From NCBI GenBank assembly GCA_965644295.1, contig CBFFRP010000333.1, positions 62,001-126,000 on the forward strand: 64,000 bases of DNA, given 5' to 3'. The stretch is from Paraphysomonas bandaiensis (lineage: Eukaryota > Protista > Chrysophyceae). Position numbers and translations under genes: made by a program. The notes under the pieces were generated by a model. That model ran no database searches, was not told the origin of the DNA, and worked only from the letters and a program-made list of their open reading frames with translations. Shown piece by piece: positions 1-12,657 of this stretch (position 1 is its first letter; each line of letters begins with the position of its first letter).

Positions 1-1507
1 CAAGGAAATTTTCTTCTTCATCACGATCTAAATATAGCTCTTCAGTACGTGGTGCGCACTGATTTTGAGCTTTGGCGTAAGAGCCTCGATACGTACAAGC
101 GCCGGCCTCAGTCCTCGCATGGTGGCAGTAGTGGAGGAGGGAGTAGTGGTAGTATTGGAGGACGTCCGCAGACATCCGGAATGCAAAGTACTTTGAGTGC
201 AATACGGGGTATTCGACAAACTCGAACTCGCAAAACAGAAGATATTAATTATAAAACCACCCGGTTGGTGGTGCTCATATATGAGAACGTTTTAAAGTTG
301 GGTGTTCATGTAATTGGCGGGATAGTGTCATCTGGTCTCATTTCGGGACTTTTATTCCGCGTTGGGAAAGGAAAAAATATTGACAAGCGGTTTCACAAAC
401 TCGTGATTCATTTCTTGTTTCAGATTCTTGTAAAAGTAGCACTAGACCAACCTGTTCATAACCGACCTATGTCAGTGATCGGCATCGCTCCAAGACAATC
501 AGAGTACACTCGTGGAGGTTCTCGTCGTTCAGTAGCGAGCGCTCGTATTGCAGCTATGGGATCTAATCTAGCTAGTAAGACTGAGGCAGTGACAGTTCGC
601 ACAGTGAGTAACAAGCTTCATGCCCAGGGAGTTACAGATTTGTTAATATTTTGTCTCGAGGGCGACGATTATGAAGTTGTCGCTGATGCAATGACGAGCC
701 TTGCCTCTATGCACTTCCCTGTTATTAAGAACAAGGTAATCAACGAATATATTTTAGGAAAAATTTGCGGATACTCTTTGACAAGAAGGGATTGCTTCTT
801 TTCTGGACTTGCGCTTGTTTGTGAGGTAAGGTAGCTCTTGCGGGAATCAATACTCAATATACAGTTATCACACTCGCTGGATATGTAATCACTTCACGCA
901 CAATATGGCACCATATGAGCAAGCTATATTTTCACTCTTATCAATATACCTTTGGGTAATGTTTTTTGTCAGGCTATCATGTCACCGCCAGCAGATCATT
1001 TTCCAGGGATGATAAATGTGCTTGTGGATGAATTTAACATAATAAATGTCTTGATTCGCTCCATGAAGTTGTCAGGTTGGATATTCAATATGAAGGTGGG
1101 TACAGGTTTTACAGTGCTGATTGAATATACGTACGGTTTTACTGAGACTGAGTGATGTATTCTGATTATAGGCTAACGTGTATGAAGCACTCGCTGTCTT
1201 ATCTTCTCACCCGAAATTTCACAACCGTGTTAGCAAAGCTAGAGGAATTAATGTGATTGTGTATGAAATTGATGTACGACGTAAGCAAAGATCCAGTCGA
1301 CGAAAAGCCAACTATGATGCCGATGAAGATCCCTATACGGATGCATTGTTTGCGGTGCTGAAATCAGAATGGGCGGCAACTAAAATACAGGCCCATTACC
1401 GACGTCACAGAATTCGTGGTAAAGAACATACACTTCGAAGATTATCACTCTCGTTTGATGTTATGAATCCACGTGTGATGGGAACTTACAATAAGGATGA
1501 AATATGA
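1..1507 (+). CDS. 3' part of an armadillo-like helical repeat protein with a C-terminal IQ motif (5' end outside window)
   Basis: Frame open from base 1. GT-AG introns at 826-972 and 1096-1171 join ORFs 49-834, 952-1155 and 1178-1507 in frame. IQ motif AATKIQAHYRRHRIR; ARM-like hydrophobic helices. Confidence 0.65.
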
Positions 1508-1871
1508 CAGTATAAGTAGTTTATATTTTCTGTCTTGCCGTCGTACTTTTTGTAAAATGAAATCTCCCATCACGTGATACTTTTGTTGCACTTGTAGTAT
1601 AATAGCTTAAAATATGCTCTGCATATGCATAGTAACATGATCTTTCTATTTTGTTTTGTTTCTTATACTTTTCTCTCTCTCGTTACCAATGTTGTAGTTA
1701 CCTCACGTGCATGACTTTCAAAGTATATTCATTCAATCAGCAGTCGATTAGTCTTTACACCCACGTTTGTCTACGATTTGTCATTGTTGTAGCAAGTGTG
1801 CAACGCTGCCTAGCAAAATATCGATATATTCAGGTGCTCCTGATATCAGCTGTTAGCTGATGCCTCGTGGA

Positions 1872-2148
1872 CTAACCCTAATGGCGGTGTCATTTTTAAA
1901 CCCACTAATTTTCCATTTGAAGATGTTCCTACTAAACTAGAAATAGCTGTTGAGCCGTATATAAGTTTAATAGAATCGATTAAAAAGTTAACTTAGTAGG
2001 AATGTCTACAAAATTTAGTAGGCTCAGCTGCCATATGTAGTTTAGTAAGAATATCTGCAAAAAAAAGGATGAAAGGGCACTTTTTAGTTTATTAGGAACG
2101 TCAGATAAATTTAGTAAGGACAAGTATATTTCCGGGCCTAATGGTAAC
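1872..2148. repeat. Decayed MITE-like segment with repeated ~18-bp motif GAYRTTCCTACTAAACTA
   Basis: One plus-strand copy (~1922-1939), three inverted copies (~1990-2006, 2038-2055, 2085-2102) and shorter TTTAGTA(G/A)G cores at ~2014 and ~2110. No convincing TIR/TSD. Confidence 0.4.
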
Positions 2149-2475
2149 AAGGTTTTTATACTCTTCACCATACTGCTGTCTTAAGATCACTTTCCAGCTC
2201 CCCTTTTCTACATATATTTAGCTCTAGTGCCTAATACCTCTATACTCTATAAAATCATTGCCGTGGCAGTGCACGTTGTATCACACTTTCTTATTCTTAT
2301 CAGGCACCATAACAATACGTTCCTAACTTAATACCTTACTTGGGCTGCTCTACGGAACTATATTTGCATGCTTTATGTAAACAGCCTTTTAAACATTCGT
2401 GCTCCATTTCTAGAAATGCCACCGCCGCATACATGTCGCAGATGACACACTACTACTGTCACATAACCACTTACT

Positions 2476-4031
2476 CTATCCACTTCCCATATTCTTATCA
2501 CCCTGATAAGTGAAACCCTCGAAATTGGTTTTTTCCGTCATGGACCCAGTCATGTGAGATGTCACCACTGAGTCTACAGCCTAGTACAAAAACATGAAAA
2601 AATGTCCGCAATACGAAGAAGTATGTCAACACATAAATTACAGCTATGCTACTTCATCATATGTACATAACAACAGTAGCAAGAAGCAATAATAATAATC
2701 GCAACCCACTCCATAATAATATATAATGCGATAACTCACGTGCTCCTCAGTAAACTCCTTGTCAAAGTTTCTCACGTCACTCTCGTCCCTCTGTGCAGGT
2801 GGGCGAAACTCGGGCTCGTAACCCTTGTCCATGACACGATCGAAGTCCAACACAGAGAGGAATTCAGTCTGCTTCAGTTCAGCAGCGTCAGTTGGTCCAG
2901 AACCGAGACGATCGGCCACTTTCCGCTCAAGGAGCCCTGTCAAAATATTTTTCGCGGCGGCAGAGACCTGGCGTCTACAGGGAATAACAATTAGATCGAA
3001 TAGAGAGATTTTACAGATAGGACGCGCACTCACCCACTGTTAGATTTAGGAAACTTTAATTCGTTGTGAAGAATTTTGTGGTACATACGCTGAACGTTGG
3101 TGTCATAGAAAGGCGGTAGCCCACAAAGCATCTCATATAGGAGGGTCCCAAGACTCCACCAATCCACAGCTTTACCATGTCCCCGATTTTCCAGGATTTC
3201 AGGGGCAAGATACTCCGGTGTACCACAGAAGGTCTTTGTACCTCCCTCTGCCCCAGGACCAGCAATATCGCCCTTACTAAGTCCGAAGTCAGTGAGGCGG
3301 ATGTGCCCAACGGCATCAAGAAGAATGTTTTCTGGCTTCAGGTCACGATATATAATGTTAACAGAGTGCAGTGCCTCTAAAGCGCAGGTAATTTCCGCTG
3401 TGTAAAGGCGGCACCGCTCCTCAGAGAATCGCCTGTCCTTCTTCAACCAGAAAAAGAGCTCTCCGCCCGCCATATAATCGAGCACCATATACCTACACAA
3501 TGTAAGTATCATCCATATAACATAAAATATATTACGTACAATTTGTCAGGAGTCTGGAAGGCATAAACGAGGTGGACGAGGAAAGGGCTGCGAATATTTT
3601 GGAGAATTACTCTTTCAGTGGCAGTATGGGCCAACTGATTTCGTTTAACGAGGGCAGCTTTTCTTAATGTTTTTAAGGCATATAAGGTTTCATTGGTATC
3701 ATCCTTCTTTTTGACGAGCATTACTTTACCGAAACTCCCTTTACCCAACACCTGTAACACACAGTGCAGTGGAGTGTGTCTGTCAGAGGCATCATAACTG
3801 CAGCCGATAGCATAACGATACCTTTAATAGCTCAAAATCATCTATTGTCAATGGCTTGTTATTCACATGACTGAATTCATTCCCAATTGGTACGTCTTCA
3901 ACCGGTCCGCTACTCTCCTCTACATCACACATAATAATTAATAGATGCTACTAGATGGAGCCCTCACCTTCAGGAGCAGGTGCACCATCGCCCTCAGTCT
4001 GGCTGCCAGGCTTTGACAGTTTCTTTCCCAT
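2476..4031 (-). CDS. AGC-family Ser/Thr kinase (Akt/SGK/S6K-like), PH-less, with predicted N-myristoylation
   Basis: [22 protein letters not shown], activation loop [23 protein letters not shown] motif (RNFDKEF). Last exon 2476-2580 gives hydrophobic motif NFEGFTY. First exon reads [10 protein letters not shown] from ATG at 4031. Multiple GT-AG introns. Confidence 0.93.
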
Positions 4032-4520
4032 TATAAATGATGTATTATACGCTTTATTAGGTTATATATTATGATATGGCGAGAGTATTGTGCATATCCC
4101 TCTTGTGACTGCCATATTATACGATCAGATCATCCATACTGCTGCTGTACATGTATACAACTGGTACATGCGCATGTTGAGTATGTATGATGTATGTATA
4201 TATTCATAACAAAAAAGATAGTAAATTTTTGTTGCAAAAGTTAGCGAGAATAATCAAGAAAAACACCACCATCACCACTTACTTCATAGAATATCCATGA
4301 TTTTCATACGGCCAAAACACATCATATTCTGTGTATCTTGAAGAGATAAACTGAAAATGTATGTGAAATGAAGCATTGATGTGATGGGAATATGTATGTA
4401 CAGTATATCATAACAATTTTCGTTATTGTTAAAGGAACACCATCATAAGACCCGTGACCCATTTGACCTCTCATTCTCCTGATCTATTTGCTGCGTGTCT
4501 CTGCTGTGTACAATATATTA

Positions 4521-5815
4521 ATGTATTCTTTGAAGCTATCGTTCAATCAGGGGAAAGACGTACGACGAGTGTCTATACAGGATCCGCAAGAGCTCTCTTA
4601 CAATGAGCTTACCGATACAGTCCGCACATTGTTTTCTAATAATATAAGTTCTGATTGTGATTTTATTTTGAATTGGGTTGATGATGAAGGTGGGTGCAGA
4701 GTGTGTGGAAGTATGTGTATAATTACGATGTGATTGCAGGTGATGAAGTGGTGGTTTCCTCTGATATAGAAGTTCGTGAGGCTTGTTCTGTCATGCTGAA
4801 GTTGAAAAGAACTTGTATAAAGTTTTATATCCGTCAAATTGAACCATTGCGCTCAACGGTTCAGATAGGTAACAATAGTTGTGACGAGAAGCCCACTCCG
4901 TCAGAGCAGTATGGTGCTGCGAATATCAAATGCAGCAAGTGTGGAGTCTACCCAATCACAGGGGTACAGTATCGCTGCTCTGTCGTCCCTAGTATTACTC
5001 TGTGTATGTCCTGTGAGTCAAACGCCCCCACACCTCGCTTCCCCATGCTTAAGGTCTACACCCCTAAACAAGAAACTGTGGCGACAGAATACCTGCGCTT
5101 ATTCAACTCTCCACTTCCACCCCATGGACACATCGATAGGAGGCCCAGCAGTGAGGACTCATGGCGTGCTAGTCGCCCCCCTCCACCACCTTCAAAATTA
5201 ACGAAACCTATGGCACGATTCATTCGAGATGTTACTCTGCCAGATGGTTCACAGGTGGAGCCGCTGTCGGTGTTCCATAAAACTTGGCGGGTGCGTAATG
5301 ATGGAACGGCTCCGTGGCCTCCAGGGTGTGCACTTGTAAATGCTGGAGGGGATCGTATGTTTTCTGAGGAGGAGTTCAGACAGCCAGTGGGGAGTCTACG
5401 CCCAGGAGAGGAGGGTGATCTGACAGTGGAGCTGATGTCCCCTGGTGCATGTGGTCGATACGTGGGATATTTCCGGCTGCAGACAGATGAGCAGAGGTGG
5501 TTCGGCCAGCGATTATGGGCAGATATTAGGGTGAAGGAGGATACTCAACAGAAAGTCGAAATGTGTTCAGAGAAACTAGATGATAGGCGTCTGTTTGGTA
5601 GTGGTGAGGTCAAAAGCGAAAACGTAGAGCGACCACTACTGGTGCTTGAGGACAAAGGAGCACCATGCCCATGGGAGAAGGAGCTAGATGTTCTGCGTAG
5701 TATGGGCTTCACAGATAAAGATGCAGTGATACCAGTACTGCAGTCGCACTCTAAGCCTGGAAGAACGAATGCTGAAATTCTTCAGCGGACAGTTGCCGAT
5801 ATCCTTACACTCTGA
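4521..5815 (+). CDS. NBR1: NBR1-like selective autophagy receptor (PB1-ZZ-FW-UBA)
   Basis: PB1 (SLKLSF...WVDDEGDEVVVSSD across intron ~4691-4739), ZZ finger (CSKC..PITGVQYRCSV...LCMSCE), FW domain (ARFIRDVTLPDG...FHKTWRVRNDG...WP...FGQRLWADI), C-terminal UBA (LRSMGFTD). Confidence 0.88.
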
Positions 5816-7376
5816 TCTTATATTCCTGTCATAATTGCATATATTGTGGTGCATTAAAGTGCAGCCATTCCAAAACATGATTTTCTATTTATGCATGATT
5901 GTAATTATTTTCTAATGGCGTGTATCGTTTTCATGATATACTACTATATGATCTCGGGGTCGTACTTCCCCTAATATCGCAAGTTTTACCTTTGTAAATA
6001 ACTAATTTCATAGGGAATCGTGTTTAACTTCAACTTTGCAAGTAAAGCATACAACGCGTCTTTGTACACATGTTTTCAAACAACGCTTTGATGCTATGTC
6101 GCGGAGCGCGGAGAATCCCATGAGCTATATTGTCTATAATAGGTAGTAAATATCGAACGGGGGTGTGACAGCTCAAGATTTGTCTACTTCGTACTAGCCT
6201 CCTCCCTCATGAAAGTAGTAATTTTTTGCAAATAGAAGAAACTTTTTCATCATGCTTTTATTCTTTCATTGACTTGGTGTACAATTAAATTAGATAATAT
6301 GAATTAGAAGTAGCCACATGTACAGTACATAGTGAAATTGCCCCTTTGGTAATCATGGATAGTTCAATTATTTCTTATAATTTTATAACCAACAAAAATA
6401 GGAAGTACTTTTACATATGCTGGCTGTATTTTATGTTTATCGTCGATACTAATTAATTACTTGCTGACATGGTTGCTATCTTTTACTAATTAATATTTCT
6501 GGTATTTTACCTGATGATATGTTTCAAAATTACGAAGAATCTTGACTTATTTTCTATCGAGGTTATCTCGACAAGAGTGTGCTACCATACCGTGATCGAT
6601 TGATATCGCTTCTACCGATTAGAACTTAATTACATCGGTATTTTGGGGCCCTATCGATATCCTTAATATATTTGTTCGTATAACTTCACATATATAGGAA
6701 CATCGGTATAAGCGCCTCATAAACTTCTTGCTGTCCTTCTTCTTGAGTATCCAGTGAACTGCTAGTCATATGATGCGTTCTTCAAGGCTATCTTACCTGT
6801 CGCCACCATGAATACTTTGCCCAGGTGATTCCCATTCTAAATGTCCCCATGTCCTCACTTAGTCTCTCGTAGCCCCTCAATTCGACTGTGATGGATCTGC
6901 CTGTGATGTGTGTCGTTGGAACCAACGGCACGTTCTCCTGGAAAATCCAGGCTTTTAGTCTCTAAAACTAGAAATACCTCAAAAATAAACAAAAAACTGG
7001 GCACATAAAAACTACGATATTATTTTCGTAACATATGATCTAACTTCACCAGCTGTTGACTCTCCACCAACCAAATAGCACATCAACGATATAACTTAGT
7101 TTTGATTGGTTCGTACTTCCATTGCTCCGTCAGTTGGTTTTCTTAATCGTCATTAGGGCAGTCATTTCGTTGGTGTAAAAGAAAACAATCGATGTCGGCG
7201 GCAATTAAATGGACACCGTGTGAAATGATATGAACACATATAACTAGATCCCTAATATGCTGCACTCAGAGACTTTTTTCTTCAGTGACAACATTGCAGT
7301 CATCTTATAGATATCAGTGCAACAGCATCTATCATAAACTCGACACACATATCCACTATAACGCCCTCGTTGTAGC

Positions 7377-8416
7377 ATGGGAAGCACAAATGACCATATC
7401 GGTTTGAAGATGCTGATATCGGACATTCGCAACTCTCACAATTATTCCCATGAACAACCTCAAACTCGAGAGTGTATGTCAAATCAGAGAACTGCAGAAA
7501 AGCCTGACGTGGACTCCATTTTCTATTTGCAACAGCTCTGTAGTGAGTTGAAACATAGATACTCACCAAATGCTATTTTATCGACATCTAAACCTGGGGA
7601 AGTATTCAAATTAACAGACGATGAATGCCGATTGCTGCATGCATTGGAGACTTCGCCATCACACAACATCCACGAAAGTTTTAGTGACGAAAGCAATAAT
7701 TACCCGACGGTTTTGTACAAGGTGAGAGTGAATACTTGTTCTACGAATATTACCTTAGACGTGTCTTTGTTCCATTAGGTTCGATTTAAACGACTAATTG
7801 AAGTGATGAAACCGAGTCAAGTATCAGCTGTTTATAGTCTGGGAGACATTGTCGTTGCTGATACGAAATTCGGACGAAACATTGGAGTTATTGTTGATAA
7901 TACAGTAGGCCGAAGTAACCCCCTGGTATTGGACGGTGATGTTCCAGGAAATATCATTGATCTGGCTACCCCTGAAGAGATACTCTCGTTTCAGCACAAG
8001 CTCAGCACTGAGAGAATTGCTTTGGAGGACTGTAGAGAAATTATCGCCAAGCGGGGTGTAGAGATGGATGTACTAGATGCAGAATATCAATTGGGGGGAG
8101 AGAAGCTTGCATTTTTCTTTACTTCTAAAAAGTGAGTACCAAGTGTGAATTCTCACTTTTTCATATATATATGTTAACCTAAAATTGCAGGTGGGTTAAT
8201 TATAGAAATCTTCTTGCCAGCCTTCACAGCAGATTTCAAACACGTATATGCATGATTAAGATAGCAGACCCGGAACTACTTCACCAATGCCATGTAATTC
8301 GTGATCTCGAGGAGCTCTCTTCTCAACATGCAACAGATGTATCGTTCCTAAAGAATCAACGGAGATTCAACCCAGAAGACTTTGTTGCCATTGATCCTCC
8401 TCACAGAGTGTCGTAG
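7377..8416 (+). CDS. PSP1 C-terminal domain protein (YaaT/RicT-like)
   Basis: Spliced reading YKVRFKR...LGDIVVADTKFGRNIGVI...ERIALEDCREII...MDVLDAEYQLGGEKLAFFFTSKKWVNYRNLLASLHSRFQTRICM fits PSP1-C. Introns ~7722-7778 and ~8132-8190. Start uncertain. Confidence 0.75.
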
Positions 8417-9510
8417 TATTGACTCCACAACGTACTGTAGCCTATCATTTAAAACAGGAATACGTATATTTGTTGTATGATTTCATGTAATGTATGTTTA
8501 TTTATTTCCCCGATGGAACTTGTAGAGATTGCAGCCTTGGTCCTCACTGCAATTCTACAGTCATTTGTTTAGTAACGTGTGTAATATACTTGTCATAGTA
8601 TATAGTAGATAGAGTAATAATTTCCGAAGAAGTTATTTTGGAAGACAGCTATCTTGTCTATATGGATTTCAATGCGAATTATTTAACTAAACAGATAGCG
8701 AACCTCAGTATAGATGAATTTGTCAACGGAGTGCGCTATCAACTCCATCATGTGAAATCTGAATCTCCATAAGCCTGTAAGTTATGATGAACAGCGCAAC
8801 TCAATGACTACTTCACTTCGATTTTATGTGGAGGTAAATATTAAAGGGCCTCGAATATTAATATTATGTCTAATTCAGTGACAGTGGTGTACATAACAAG
8901 TAGTACATTGTATATTATACGCCCATCTTTCCTATACGTCCTTCCCTACTACTTTTGCGCAAATGTACCTTGCTTATAGAGCTATATATCGCATTAAAAA
9001 TATCATCACATGTAGGGTGCGTAGGTTGGACCTTTTGAAGTCGTTTGAAATGCGAATGTAACAGCTTTATTAAATAATATTAAGTGCATGTGTGTATATA
9101 TTGTTGAGATCTGAAGATTCTATATACTTGCAATTGAGTGCAGTATTATGTGAGATGCAAGGATCGAAAGATATATATGTAATTAGTACATTATATTGTG
9201 TAGTATGAAACTGAAGTAGAAGTGGGTGACTATACTGGATACGATCACTGAGTGTGTGGTTTGTACACTATAGTAGTAAATGAATGGTGTTGAACACATC
9301 GAACATAACTTAGGTTCTTTATCATGTAATGTTTATAATTTCATCTTATCATTTGAGAATAGTAAACCTTAGCAAATAATGTCAACTTCTGTTATATATG
9401 ACTTACTGGCAGGAAAAATATCCAGACAGAAGAAGGATTTCACTGGATATGATAGAATGCAAAGGAAAATGTGTAAAATTATTGCTATAATATATTCACA
9501 TAATATCCGC

Positions 9511-11892
9511 CTATGATACCTGAGATACTGCTTTTTGGTGATTCAAATTATGCCTCAATACCTGCAACTCAACAGCATCGGTTTCGGATTTAATATTAGC
9601 AAGTTTCTCTTGTCGGCGAAGTCGATATATCGAGTTCCGCAGTCGTGTAATAGCTCTGCGAAGCTTCAAGGGTGTGTCTTCTTCCAAAATTACCGATAAA
9701 CGTTCCTGACAAATGTCAGCATTGTAACACACAGTATCCAGTTCCTCCTGCTTTATCTCTATTAGTTTGTCAAGAACACTCTCTTGTGCGGATAAATTGG
9801 CAATGTCATCATGGATTTTCCCTGACACAGTTTGAGATTAATAATAAATGAATGTACGATGAATGTTATTCATCTACAAAACACGCACCGACAACATTAC
9901 TGATTTTCATTCTGTCCATAAGCTCAGCAATTTCTAGGTCAAGAGATTCCAACACTGTCGGCTTCCGTATTATGTGCAGGTTCCAGTCTTCATCCACTCT
10001 CTTGTTGGCCTGCTCCTTCATCATTTTATATTGTTCGTCAACCTCCGTCTTTATGTCAATAGCTTCTTTTTCCATTTCATCTGCCTTGACACTTGCGTCT
10101 TTTATCCTCTTCACCAGGCTAATGCGAGCCTCCTGTAGCGACTGGTGCTCAGCAAGAAGCTCACGCAGCACTTGGTCTTCGATTTCGTGCTCCTGCTTAT
10201 CAATCCCAGCATTCAGGAGAACATTTCGGGGAGCGAAACGGTCGTGGGGTAACTCAACAGGTCCATCTTCACCCTTCATCTCTCCATCCTGACGGCTGCG
10301 CAACTCCTGCCGTTTGAGGCGCTGTACCACTCCCTCTTGTTTTTCCATCTGATACCAAGATTAATTAACTACACCATGATATATATCTCGAGTAGGACAC
10401 ACATTTCACTTTTTATCATTATCAACTTTGCACACACAAGTACACTTCGGAATACACAAGAATATACCTGTGCTTTAAGCTTGTTGGTGTGAGTCCGATG
10501 GGTAAACACGTCTTTTTCCGCTTCACTAATTTTAACCTTGAGTTCATCGTACATCACTAAAAGTTCCTTGTATGACTTCCTATTCAATCCATTGCTGCTA
10601 CCAGATGTGGTGCTTTTAGCCTCCCTATTACCAGTAGCGGATCTTGACCTAACAGTCGTCTTACTCTTTTTCTCTGTTGGTACAGGCTTATAAACTCCCC
10701 CCGCAGTCGACTTTTTTGGGCCTAACTTGGCTAATCTCGCAGCAAGGTCCTCGTTTTGTTTGTTTACAAGCTTCTGCTTTCTATTGCGCTTGTATTTCCC
10801 AGCACTATTCATCACCGCTAGACCCGAATCGCCAATGCGACTCCCACGTCCTAATGCTCCTGCACTTTTCGGTCGTGTTGTTGCGGATTGTCGTCCACTG
10901 ACAACACTTTGACTAATCCCTGTGGCTCGTAGGGATTTTTCCGGTGCACGCACAGGCTTTCGGGGTCGCCACTCGAGGCGTATATCAATATCTACATCTG
11001 CCCCATCACCTACCGACATACCGTGCCGGTCTACGAGAATGTGAGCTCCGCGAAGGAGACGACACTCCGCTCCTGGGCGCGCCTTTCCAACGGTGCCCAC
11101 TGTGATAAAATCCTGCAGCTCCACAGATATCTGGCCTACGAAATCACTCCCACCATTTCGTCGAGTCTTATATAGTGCAACAATAATATCGCCATGCTGA
11201 GAGAAATTAGTACTGTCCATGTCGCCGGGCATGACCATTTCAAACCGAAATAAACCCTCGTTCCATCTAGGGTACTCCATCTCAAAACACGTGTTGCTTT
11301 TGTAAATAGGTGTCTTACAACGGAACATAGCTGATTGCGTACCACCTTCAGCGTACAGCACGCGGTAAAATATTCCTTCGCCCTCGCTGGATGCTTCGTA
11401 AGGAAGGTTGTTAGCTCCTTTCACTTCGCCTTTCAGTAGTATTCCGTTCGCAGGGAGTTCAGCGCTAGATAGATTAGAAGCATTGTCGTTCTCAACTTCA
11501 TCAACTTCTGAGGGGCTTCGGCTGCCCTTCTCCTCTTCATAATCATGATCTATGGGGACTGACATTGTAAAGTGTGCATCAATCCCCTCCCCGTCATTAC
11601 CATCTGTGTATTCTCCCGTATTATCATTTGTATTTATATTTCCAGTATTATCCTGCTCGTGTGCATCGCTATCAACATGCTCTGTGTGATCTCTATGATC
11701 AGTGGGAGGATCTTCTTTGTTGGAAATCTCACCAATAAACTCAACAGCATCTAGATTAGGTAACCACTCGACATCACCATCATCATACACTACATAGTAA
11801 CCATCATCACAGTCATAGTGCTCGATATTACCAGTAAACCAACCCCCTTCATCCTCCCAATACACTCGAACTCTACGCCCCACGTGCTCCAT
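9511..11892 (-). CDS. Tudor-like + C2-domain + coiled-coil protein
   Basis: N-term VGRRVRVYWEDEGGWFTGNI...VVYDDGDVEW (Tudor/SH3-like). C2-like region LKGEVKGANNLP...PRWNE...DFVGQISVEL. Coiled-coil ORFs 9866-10348 and 9511-9828 joined by short introns. Confidence 0.7.
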
Positions 11893-12108
11893 TAGAGTGT
11901 GGTGTGCTATGAGTGGATGGATCTACCTTAACAGGTGCCCTCATACATAACAAATACAATGTAACGATAACAATACTGCTGTATGCCATCTCTGCACTGC
12001 CCGTATTTTATGTATGTATTTGTATACATGAGTGTTGGAGGAATATATATACAGCAGTATCTACACAGTATTCCATATGGTATTACGTACAGTACATGCA
12101 TGCATGTC

Positions 12109-12392
12109 TATGTATGTATGTATGTATGTATGTATGTATGTATGTATGTATGTATGTATGTATGTATGTATGTATGTATGTATGTATGTATGTATGTATG
12201 TATGTATGTATGTATGTATGTATGTATGTATGTATGTATGTATGTATGTATGTATGTATGTATGTATGTATGTATGTATGTATGTATGTATGTATGTATG
12301 TATGTATGTATGTATGTATGTATGTATGTATGTATGTATGTATGTATGTATGTATGTATGTATGTATGTATGTATGTATGTATGTATGTATG
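12109..12392. repeat. (TATG)71 perfect microsatellite
   Basis: 284 bp of uninterrupted TATG between two divergent genes. Confidence 0.99.
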
Positions 12393-12657
12393 TGTGGGGA
12401 TGCCATATATATACATGTACAGCAGTAGTGTGTACCGTGTATCGTAACTCACTCACATATTGCCGCCACAACTCCTGGAAGAAACGAAGGGATTGTGATT
12501 TAAATCTTGTGCTTCCTGGATGAAATGAGAGCCTGATTTACTCTCTTTTATTGTTATGGTATGCTGTTAATCCCTGTGTTGTATTATCTGTAATAAGACC
12601 TTATAAGCTCATATCATTTGCATATACTGTACTGTAAATACTCTCTAGTAGATAACA

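Noticed and set aside
1871-1881. Telomere-like CTAACCCTAA
   Set aside because: Fewer than two units; chance or part of the MITE-like segment.
8521-8559. 13-bp hairpin downstream of the PSP1 gene
   Set aside because: Single copy, no family motif; insufficient evidence for function.
11913-12523. Six ORFs encoding (MYVC)n/(HTYI)n
   Set aside because: Artefacts of the stop-free TATG microsatellite.
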